The notes beneath the pieces were generated by a model. It was not told where the DNA came from and ran no database searches. It saw nothing but the letters and a program-made list of their open reading frames with translations. 64,000 nt of DNA, taken from positions 448,001 through 512,000 of the forward strand of contig CAWIYV010000010.1 of NCBI GenBank assembly GCA_963840455.1, read 5' to 3'. This DNA comes from Nitrospirota bacterium (GTDB taxonomy: Bacteria > Nitrospirota > UBA9217). Position 1 is the first letter of the stretch; every line of letters begins with the position of its first letter. The position numbers were made by a program, and so were the translations under genes. Positions 31,228 through 39,042 of this stretch are shown in pieces.

Positions 31228-33327
31228 ATGCATACCCAACTGCGGAACAATGCTCGACAAGCGGATTCTCGATGGCTGCCGTATTTCAAAAGCCCTTTCG
31301 TCCACGGCGCCCTGATCATCATCCTCTGCCTTGCCGCCTATTCCAACACCTTTCACGTGCCGTTCCAGTTCGATGACCCGCGCAGCATCAGCGAGGTGCC
31401 CTATGTCAGGGACATGCACCAATTTCCGAATCCCATAACGCTGCAGCGGGCCGTCGGCTTCTTTACGTTTGCCCTGAACTATCGGCTCCATGGTACTGAC
31501 GTTGTCGGTTACCATATCGTCAACCTCGTTATCCATATCATAAACGCGTTCCTCGTATACGCATTTATTGTCCTGACCTTCCGGACGCCGGTCCTGCAAA
31601 GGTCTACGCTAAAGAAGCATGCGAAGCTCATAGCCCTTTTCAGCGCCCTTCTCTTTGCGGGTCATCCGATACAGACCCAGGCGGTCACCTATATTGCCCA
31701 GCGCTTCGCCTCGCTTGCGACGCTCTTTTTCCTTCTGAGCCTCGTCGCCTATATCAGGTCGAGGATTCCGGCCGTTGCGAACCCGTCGAACCGTCGGTCC
31801 TTCATCTGGTACGGTGTTTCCCTTCTCTCCGCCGTGTTTGCGATGAAGACCAAGGAGACAGCGTTCACCCTCCCGGTCGTCATCGCCCTGTACGAATTCC
31901 TGTTCCTTGAGGGAGCGATCAGAAAGAGGCTCCTGCTGCTGCTGCCCTTTCTGCTCACGATGACCATCATTCCTCTGAGCCTTCTTGGCACAGCCAAGCC
32001 TCTTGGGGACATGCTGGGCGACATTAGCGAGGTGACGAGGCTTCAGACGAAGGTATCGAGAGCGGAGTATCTCATTACGGAGTTCACGGTGATCGCAACG
32101 TACCTGCGTCTGCTGTTCTTCCCGGTGCACCAGAATCTCGACTATGACTACCCGATTTTTGAGTCGTTCTTCACGCCGGAGGTGGTTTTCTCATTCCTTC
32201 TCCTGGCGCTGATCCTCGGTACGGGCGTCTATCTCCTGTATCGTGACCGGCGTTCACCCGGCACCGGCAAGCTCGCGGCCTTCGGCATTTTCTGGTTCTT
32301 CATCACCCTTTCCGTGGAATCGAGCATCATCCCCATTGCCGACGTGATCTTTGAGCACCGGCTGTATCTTCCCTCTGTCGGGTTCTTCCTCGCCTGCACG
32401 ACCGCCGTCTTTTGGGGCGTTGATCGGCTCAAGGCCCGATGGGCGAAAGCGGAACAAGCGGTAGTGATCGCCCTTGCAGCGGCTGTTCTCGTATTCGCCG
32501 GCCTCGCCTATGCGCGGAACATCGTCTGGCAGAGCGAGGAGAGTTTATGGGAGGACGTGATCAGGAACAGCCCCATGAAGGCACGGGGGTACAACGGACT
32601 TGGTCTGGCCTATTTCAACAGGGGCCGCTATGACAGGGCGATCGAGGCCTTTGCGAAGGCCATCGCGCTCCATCCTGCCTATGGCGTGGCGTTCAATAAC
32701 ATCGGAAATGCCTTGTATCGTAACGGCCGGTTCGACAGGGCGATCGAGGCGCAGACAGAGGCGATCGCGCTGGAGCCGAATAATGCGATCTTTCGCGACA
32801 ACCGGGGGCTGTCCTATTCGGCAATCGGTGCGTACGACCGGGCTATCGATGATTTTACCAAGGCGATTGCATTGGATCCCTTCTCTGTAAAGTCATACCA
32901 TAACCTGGGGTTTGTCTATCACAGCAAGGGACTGTATCGCCAGGCGATAGAAGAATACACGAGGGCCATCGCATTGGATCCTGGCAACGCTGTTTTTCGC
33001 ACCAACCGGGGGTCGGCCTATGCGGCAAACGGCGAATATGAAAGGGCGATCGAGGACCAGACGACGGCGATCGCCCTTGATCCGGATTTTGCTGCTGCAT
33101 ACAATGGGCGGGGAACCGCGTATGGCCTTCAGGGGCGGTACAATGAGGCTATCGCTGATTTTACGCGGGCAATATCCCTGGACGCCGGCAACGCCCTTTA
33201 CTACGCCGGCCGCGGTGCCGCCTTTTCACGGGCAGGTCGCCGGGCTGAAGCGCTGGCAGATTTTAAGCACGCCTGCGATCTGGGAAGCGAGACAGGATGC
33301 AAAATGGTGATGCAGCTAAAGCATTAG
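31228..33327 (+). CDS. TMTC-like GT-C membrane glycosyltransferase with C-terminal TPR
   Basis: PFQFDD, HPIQTQAVTYIAQR, KE, NLDYD, FEHRLYLPS, RNIVW, ~8 TPRs; start could be 31201. Confidence 0.88.
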   Translation: MHTQLRNNARQADSRWLPYFKSPFVHGALIIILCLAAYSNTFHVPFQFDDPRSISEVPYVRDMHQFPNPITLQRAVGFFTFALNYRLHGTDVVGYHIVNLVIHIINAFLVYAFIVLTFRTPVLQRSTLKKHAKLIALFSALLFAGHPIQTQAVTYIAQRFASLATLFFLLSLVAYIRSRIPAVANPSNRRSFIWYGVSLLSAVFAMKTKETAFTLPVVIALYEFLFLEGAIRKRLLLLLPFLLTMTIIPLSLLGTAKPLGDMLGDISEVTRLQTKVSRAEYLITEFTVIATYLRLLFFPVHQNLDYDYPIFESFFTPEVVFSFLLLALILGTGVYLLYRDRRSPGTGKLAAFGIFWFFITLSVESSIIPIADVIFEHRLYLPSVGFFLACTTAVFWGVDRLKARWAKAEQAVVIALAAAVLVFAGLAYARNIVWQSEESLWEDVIRNSPMKARGYNGLGLAYFNRGRYDRAIEAFAKAIALHPAYGVAFNNIGNALYRNGRFDRAIEAQTEAIALEPNNAIFRDNRGLSYSAIGAYDRAIDDFTKAIALDPFSVKSYHNLGFVYHSKGLYRQAIEEYTRAIALDPGNAVFRTNRGSAYAANGEYERAIEDQTTAIALDPDFAAAYNGRGTAYGLQGRYNEAIADFTRAISLDAGNALYYAGRGAAFSRAGRRAEALADFKHACDLGSETGCKMVMQLKH

Positions 33328-33509
33328 AGAATATAAGTTCGTCCCCGCCTTTCTTATTGTCCCGTTTCAACAAGCACTCGGAAATCTCCCCAATCCCTAT
33401 TCTGTAATATGCCCATGACTTGGTGATTTCACCATCAATTTGCAAAAGAAGAATCCCGCCAATTACTATAATGTATTGTTATTTAATAATTTAATTAATA
33501 TCAATTAAC

Positions 33510-33525
33510 TGGTACAGACCTTGCT
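33510..33525 (+). promoter_or_regulatory. Sigma54 -24/-12 promoter of the nanowire operon
   Basis: TGGTACAGACCTTGCT preceded by an AT-rich tract and followed by a riboswitch. Confidence 0.78.
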
Positions 33526-33595
33526 ATATATCAGAGCGAGAGAGAATAGGTAATACTACAAAAGTACCTATTCTTTCTCGCAGTATATAAGCAGC

Positions 33596-33683
33596 ACTTT
33601 CCGATAAAGCCAAACCTTTCGTGAGGAGGGGGCGGAAAGCACCGGGTCTTCAATCAGGAAGATGGCCGGGCCACCGAAGAAAG
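33596..33683 (+). ncRNA. GEMM-I (c-di-GMP-I class) riboswitch, G20 type
   Basis: CGATAAAGCC-AAACC...GTGA tetraloop...GGCGG-AAAGC..GGGTC...GATGGCCGGGCCACCGA; G at the Vc2 position-20 equivalent (33609). Confidence 0.85.
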
Positions 33684-33729
33684 AGCGCCACATCCCGTGC
33701 ACCAAGATCCGCTTCCGTGTGGAGAACGT

Positions 33730-34692
33730 ATGGGAACGAGTGGACTCATAAGAACCCCCCTCAGAATAATAATCACGATGGTGATGATGCTTACCTTTGC
33801 ATTGCCCGCATTGGCAGTGGCCATCGAGGCAAACTTCCTGTATACGCTGTCCGATTTCACCGGCCCCTTTTTGATCCATGGGGGGAGGATGTTCGTTGAC
33901 AAGGACCGGAACGAGACCTACGTCGTGTATCAGAATGTCGTCAGAGTGTTCAATGAAAACGGGCTGGAGATCTATCGGTTCAATGAAGAAAACAACCTCG
34001 GCAGGATCGCCGCCTTAGCAGTGGACCGGGACGGCGCCATCTTCTTCCTTTCCTATGATGATAGAGGAGTGTATGGAATCATCCGCTGCAATTACCGGGG
34101 AACGCCGAAGGGGAGGATCGAGATCGCCGGGCTCCCGTCCGATTTTTCCAACGCTGAGAAGTTTTCGCCGAGCCAGATGGTGTACCAGGGAGGACAGTTC
34201 TACCTTGCGGACACGAGTAGCCTGAGGATCGCGGTCGCCGATATGACCGGCCAGGTGAAGAAGACCTATGACATTATCCCTCTCCTTGATCTCAAGGAAA
34301 AGGGCCGGGCCGATCTCGAGATGGGCGGCTTCAGCGTGGACAAAGAGGGCAATATGCTGTTCACCATTCCGGTCCTGTTCAGTGCTACCGTGCTCTCTCC
34401 GGAGGGGAAGGTAGCGAACTTCGGCGAACCGGGGAGCGTCCCGGGGAAATTCGGGGTTGTGTCGGACATCACAACGGACAACGTGGGGAACTATCTGGTG
34501 TCGGACAAGTTGAAATGCGTCGTCAGCGTGTATGACAAGGGCTTTCGGTTTCTCAAGGAATTCGGCGGCCGCGGGAACGAGCCGGGCAATTTGATCATGC
34601 CCCAGGTGCTGGCCGTGGACGGCAGCGACAAGCTGTATGTCACCCAGGGCGGGAACCGGGGGATCAGCGTTTTCAGGTTGATTTACAACTGA
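33730..34692 (+). CDS. Exported NHL/6-bladed beta-propeller protein, first gene of the omcS operon
   Basis: Signal peptide, FGEPGSVPGKFG, FGGRGNEPGNLIMPQVLAVD, LYVTQ. Confidence 0.85.
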   Translation: MGTSGLIRTPLRIIITMVMMLTFALPALAVAIEANFLYTLSDFTGPFLIHGGRMFVDKDRNETYVVYQNVVRVFNENGLEIYRFNEENNLGRIAALAVDRDGAIFFLSYDDRGVYGIIRCNYRGTPKGRIEIAGLPSDFSNAEKFSPSQMVYQGGQFYLADTSSLRIAVADMTGQVKKTYDIIPLLDLKEKGRADLEMGGFSVDKEGNMLFTIPVLFSATVLSPEGKVANFGEPGSVPGKFGVVSDITTDNVGNYLVSDKLKCVVSVYDKGFRFLKEFGGRGNEPGNLIMPQVLAVDGSDKLYVTQGGNRGISVFRLIYN

Positions 34693-34747
34693 AGACAGCA
34701 GTCCACATAAAAGGAGGTGAATGCCGTCAGAGAATAAAAAAAGTGGA

Positions 34748-34797
34748 AAGCAGGCAGTAGTAAGCAGTAAGCAGTAAGCAGGAAGCAGTAAGCAGTA
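34748..34797 (+). repeat. Heptamer tandem repeat (AAGCAGT)n
   Basis: ...AAGCAGT AAGCAGT AAGCAGG AAGCAGT AAGCAGT A. Confidence 0.8.
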
Positions 34798-34831
34798 CGT
34801 TGTACCCATGTCGGCTAAGCCGACACACTCT

Positions 34832-34914
34832 ATCCTCCGAAAAGAGTAAACCCATCGCAAGGTGGGGACACAAAGCCAACGGGTCCCGAAAGCGGGACGG
34901 CCGGGCTGCCGGAG
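34832..34914 (+). ncRNA. GEMM-I riboswitch, A20 variant (predicted 3',3'-cGAMP sensing, GEMM-Ib-like)
   Basis: CTCCG-AAAAG-A-GT-AAACCCATC-GCAA-GGTGGG-GACAC-AAAGCC..GGGTCCCG...CGGGACGGCCGGGCTGC-CGGAG; A at the position-20 equivalent (34845). Confidence 0.85.
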
Positions 34915-34940
34915 CAAAAAAAACTGATCTGGAGGATTTA

Positions 34941-36194
34941 ATGAAGATCTACAAATTAAGCCTTATCCTTGTTGCTGTGGCCGCGGTAGTTGTTGGGCTG
35001 AGCGGAACCAGCTTCGCCTTCCATAGCGGCGGCGTCGCCGAATGCGTGGGCTGCCACCAAATGCACGATGCACCAGGCGCCAACCTTCTTATCGCCGCTG
35101 ACCAGAGCTCGACCTGTCTGAGCTGCCATGGCGCAGCAGGCCAGTCCAGCTACCATGTTGCCACCCCCGACGCAGACATGCCCGCGGGTTCGCCGCCAGT
35201 CAATGAAGGCCCCGGCGGTGACTTCGGCTGGCTGCACAAGTCCTATTACTTCACGATCCGTGGTGGATTGACCACCGACCTCGGCGACACCCACGGCCAT
35301 AACATTATCGCTGCTGGCTACACCGGCGGCACTTACGTTGCTGACCCCATCAACGCAACGGCCCCGGGAGGCACGTTCCCGGGAGGCCAGCTCTCCTGCG
35401 TCTCCTGCCATGACCAGCATGGTAAGGGCCGTTGGACGACGGCCGGCACCTATAGCAAGACCTCCGGCGCTATCTACACCTCCGGTTCCTATGGTTCCAT
35501 ACCCTCAACGTTCGGCCCCACGGGCGAACTTTTGTCGACGGGTGTGTACCGCCTGCTCCGTGCTGCCGAGGCTGTTGACGGCGTGACCTTCCCCGCCCTC
35601 CCGCCGGTAGCAGTTGTTCCGAGCACCTACAACAGGTCAGAGTACTTCTTCCAGACCCGCACTGCCTACGGCTCCGGTATGTCAGACTTCTGCGCAACCT
35701 GTCATCCTGACATGCACGACACCGCAGGTATTCTCCGTCACCCGGCCGGCCAGACCATGAGCGGCGCGGTCCAGGGCAACTACAACAGCTATGTGAAAAC
35801 AGGTGCTATGACCGGCTCCGCGACCACCTCGTACCTGTCGCTGGTTCCGTTCGAAGAAGGCCAGGCCTACAGCACTGCCGCCATCGGCGTTCTGAAGAGC
35901 CATGCCCAGATCAACGATTCCAATCTGAACGGCCCGGGCGCTGGTACCGTGCCTGCAACGGCGACCGTAATGTGCCTCTCCTGCCACAGGGCGCATGCGT
36001 CCGGCTGGCCGGAAATGCTTAAGTGGAACCCCGAAGTTACGACCATCACCGTCGCTGGCGCCTATCCTACTGGCAATGACGCAGGCTGGGGCCGCAGCGC
36101 AACGGAAGTATCGAAAGCCTACTATGACAAGAACGTAACGAAGTGGTCCGCCTATCAGCGCCAACTCTGCAACAAGTGCCATGCGAAAGACTAA
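34941..36194 (+). CDS. omcS: OmcS-family hexaheme c-type cytochrome (nanowire subunit), copy 1
   Basis: Signal peptide then FHSGGVAECVGCHQMH; six CXXCH; PGGDFGW, GHNI, YLSLVPFEEG, CLSCHRAHASG, LCNKCHAKD as in Geobacter OmcS; SD GGAGG at 34931. Confidence 0.93.
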   Translation: MKIYKLSLILVAVAAVVVGLSGTSFAFHSGGVAECVGCHQMHDAPGANLLIAADQSSTCLSCHGAAGQSSYHVATPDADMPAGSPPVNEGPGGDFGWLHKSYYFTIRGGLTTDLGDTHGHNIIAAGYTGGTYVADPINATAPGGTFPGGQLSCVSCHDQHGKGRWTTAGTYSKTSGAIYTSGSYGSIPSTFGPTGELLSTGVYRLLRAAEAVDGVTFPALPPVAVVPSTYNRSEYFFQTRTAYGSGMSDFCATCHPDMHDTAGILRHPAGQTMSGAVQGNYNSYVKTGAMTGSATTSYLSLVPFEEGQAYSTAAIGVLKSHAQINDSNLNGPGAGTVPATATVMCLSCHRAHASGWPEMLKWNPEVTTITVAGAYPTGNDAGWGRSATEVSKAYYDKNVTKWSAYQRQLCNKCHAKD

Positions 36195-36216
36195 CGCATG
36201 CTGAAGAAGTAGCGCC

Positions 36217-36251
36217 AGGGAGGATCGGCAGATGCCGGTCCTCCCTTTTTT
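36217..36251 (+). terminator. Intrinsic terminator/stabilising hairpin inside the operon
   Basis: AGGGAGGATCGGCA-GA-TGCCGGTCCTCCCT followed by a T-run. Confidence 0.85.
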
Positions 36252-36345
36252 ATCATCGAACGTGCATTTTCCCGCTGTTTCTGGTAACATGCTGCCTGAA
36301 CCATTCCAGCCCGGTCTTGGCTCACCGAGCGGAATGATTGACCTC

Positions 36346-37632
36346 ATGAAAGTCACCACCATAATTCCGATCATGATGCTCCTGATTCTCTGTATGAGAC
36401 CGGACAACGCCGCGTCCGCCTTTCATGACGGCGGTGTCGGTGCCTGCGATGCCTGCCATTCCATGCATAACGCCTCACCATTAGCAGGCGACAGTCTGTT
36501 GAAGTCATCGGACCCGAGCTCGACCTGTCTCTATTGCCACCAGAATACGGGCGACATCGGACCGACGAGCTACCATGTCAGCACCTCTTTATCCGACATG
36601 CCGCCGGGCGCTCCACCCAAGCAGCTTACCCCGGCCGGCGATTTCGCGTGGTTGAAGAAGACCTTCACCTGGCTACCCAGCGCCAACGGGCTTTTGCAGT
36701 TCAGTTACGGCGACCGGCACGGCCACAATATCATCGCCAATGATTTTCAGTATGCCGTGGACATGACCAACAGCACGGCCCCCGGGGGCGCCTACCCCGC
36801 GTTGAGCCTCACCTGCATCAGCTGTCATGACCCGCACGGCAAATACCGCAGGGACGCAGTCGGCTCGATCGCCACGACCGGCACTCCTATTCAGGGCTCG
36901 GGGTCCTATGCCTCCAGTGCCGGCCCGCAGGCCGGATCCTCGGTCGGCGTGTACCGGCTGTTGGGCGGCAAGAACTATCATCCCAGGAACCTGCTCGGCA
37001 GTTTCGCTTTTCAGAACGACCCGCCTGCTGCCGTCGCTCCGGACGCGTACAACAGGTCCGAGACCGGGACCCAGACCCGCGTGGCCTACGGCTCGGGGAT
37101 GTCCGATTGGTGCCAGAACTGCCATACGACCATGCATACCATCGTCTCATCGGGAACATCAACTATTCCGAAGACCCATCCCGTCGGGAGTCTCGCCAAG
37201 CTAGGACCGACGGTGTCCACCAACTATAATATGTATGTCAAGACCGGAGTCCTCACGGGTATCGTGAACACATCGTTCCTTTCCCTCGTCCCCTTTGAGG
37301 AGGGTACCAGTAATTATTCCGCGCTCAAAGCGCATGCTCGAAGCGATGATTCCTATCTTTTCGGGCCCGATTCGGGCAGCTCCCAAGTGATGTGTCTCAC
37401 CTGCCACCGGGCCCACGCCTCGGGCTGGGACCACGCGACCAGGTGGAACACCAATACGGACCATATCGTCGTCAACGGGTTCTATTCCCAAGATGGCCAA
37501 ACATATCAGCCCTATGGGCAGGGACGCACGGAGCTGGAGGCGCAGAAGGCCTACTACGACATGCGGGCAGGCCGGTTCGCCCTTAATCAGGATACGCTCT
37601 GCCATAAATGCCATGGAGGGGCCCTCCCGTGA
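36346..37632 (+). CDS. OmcS-family hexaheme c-type cytochrome, divergent paralog
   Basis: AFHDGGVGACDACHSMH; six CXXCH; CISCHDPHGKYRR, YNRSETGTQTRVAYGSGMSDWC, CLTCHRAHASG. Confidence 0.92.
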   Translation: MKVTTIIPIMMLLILCMRPDNAASAFHDGGVGACDACHSMHNASPLAGDSLLKSSDPSSTCLYCHQNTGDIGPTSYHVSTSLSDMPPGAPPKQLTPAGDFAWLKKTFTWLPSANGLLQFSYGDRHGHNIIANDFQYAVDMTNSTAPGGAYPALSLTCISCHDPHGKYRRDAVGSIATTGTPIQGSGSYASSAGPQAGSSVGVYRLLGGKNYHPRNLLGSFAFQNDPPAAVAPDAYNRSETGTQTRVAYGSGMSDWCQNCHTTMHTIVSSGTSTIPKTHPVGSLAKLGPTVSTNYNMYVKTGVLTGIVNTSFLSLVPFEEGTSNYSALKAHARSDDSYLFGPDSGSSQVMCLTCHRAHASGWDHATRWNTNTDHIVVNGFYSQDGQTYQPYGQGRTELEAQKAYYDMRAGRFALNQDTLCHKCHGGALP

Positions 37633-37634
37633 CC

Positions 37635-39041
37635 ATGCTCCCTGGAATAAAAAAATATGGCCCTCTCCTTCTTCTGATACTCTGCGGATGCCAGACACTT
37701 CAGCTCCACACGACGGCCATTCGCGAGGACGAAGGCACGGTGTTCTTCTACCTCCAGCCCTTCTCAGGGGGGGCTGAGCGGCTCCGATTCTCCCTCTCGG
37801 CGTTTGCGGCGCTCAAGGATGACGGCACGGAGATTCCGGTGCCCCTCTCGCTCAATGAGTTCAGCAGTATGGTCATGAACAGGCAGAGGCTGATGGCCGA
37901 GGTGCGGCTGCCTGAAGGAAAATACAGGGGCTTTCTCATGCGAATCAAGAGCGCCGCACTCACCACAGAGGGTGGAACGGCCGCGCTCCTCGTGCCGGAG
38001 ACGCCGCATATGATCGCGTTCCCCTTCAGCGTGGAAAAAAGAAAGGCGTTCATCATATCACTGACCCTCCGCTATGACCAATCCCTGCAGGGGGTCAATT
38101 TCAGCCCGGTGTTCCTCGTGGCTATCCCGGCCCGGCCGCTCGTCGCGGTCACGGGGTTTGCCTCCAATGCCGGCATCGACGCCATCACGGTATTTGACAA
38201 GATTCATCTGCAGGCCACGGGCGTCATCGCCACCGGGAGAGGGCCCACGTGTATTGCCCTGGACCAGCGCCTCAAACGGGCCTATGTCGCCCTGGCCGGC
38301 GATAACGCCGTCGAGGTTTTCGATATGGACTCGGAAATCGTTCTCGCCAGAACCATGCTGATGCCGGGAGACGAGCCGCAGGAGATTGCGCTCACTCCTG
38401 ACGGCTTGTCGTTGCTCGTGGCGAATGGTCGTTCGGACACGGTAAGCATCATTGACACCGTGACGATGGGGGAGGTGGGCAGGATCAGTGTCGGCAGATA
38501 CCCCAGCACCCTGGTGATTGACAAAACCGGAACGAAGGCCTTTGTCTTCAACAGGATGTCCGACAATATATCGGTCATTGATATTCCCTACCGGCAGGTC
38601 ATAGGCACGATCAAAACCGGACCGGAACCGCTGCGGGGGCAGTTCAACCGGGCGGGAAGCCTGCTTTACGTGATCCACGCAGCCTATCCCTACCTGTTCG
38701 TCATCGATCCGGCGTCGTTCTCTGTGGTGCGGCGGGAATTTATCGGGATGGGGACGGTCTCCCTCAAGGTCGATACGCGGACCGATCAGATCTACATCGG
38801 CAAAAAGAACGAAACCCTGATTACGGTATATGATCCCGTCTCCTTTGTCCGGGTGAGCTCTATTCCGACCGGGGGGACCGTAACCTTCATGACCATAGAC
38901 GGTGAGACGAACTTTCTTTACCTGCTCATCCCCGAACGAAAGGTCCTCCTGGTCATCAATCTGGCGAGCAAAAGGCCGGTCTCGGAGATCGATGTCAGCG
39001 AAGAACGCCCCGCGTGGATAACCATGATGGGAGAGCGATAG
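37635..39041 (+). CDS. YVTN/YncE beta-propeller lipoprotein
   Basis: Lipobox LCGC; repeats IATGRGP, LLVAN.RSDTVSIID, ISVGRYP, IKTGPEP. Confidence 0.85.
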   Translation: MLPGIKKYGPLLLLILCGCQTLQLHTTAIREDEGTVFFYLQPFSGGAERLRFSLSAFAALKDDGTEIPVPLSLNEFSSMVMNRQRLMAEVRLPEGKYRGFLMRIKSAALTTEGGTAALLVPETPHMIAFPFSVEKRKAFIISLTLRYDQSLQGVNFSPVFLVAIPARPLVAVTGFASNAGIDAITVFDKIHLQATGVIATGRGPTCIALDQRLKRAYVALAGDNAVEVFDMDSEIVLARTMLMPGDEPQEIALTPDGLSLLVANGRSDTVSIIDTVTMGEVGRISVGRYPSTLVIDKTGTKAFVFNRMSDNISVIDIPYRQVIGTIKTGPEPLRGQFNRAGSLLYVIHAAYPYLFVIDPASFSVVRREFIGMGTVSLKVDTRTDQIYIGKKNETLITVYDPVSFVRVSSIPTGGTVTFMTIDGETNFLYLLIPERKVLLVINLASKRPVSEIDVSEERPAWITMMGER

Positions 39042-39042
39042 C

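Noticed and set aside
34800-34940. 47-aa N-terminal extension of omcS copy 1 in the ORF track
   Set aside because: The region is a riboswitch; the SD and signal peptide support ATG 34941
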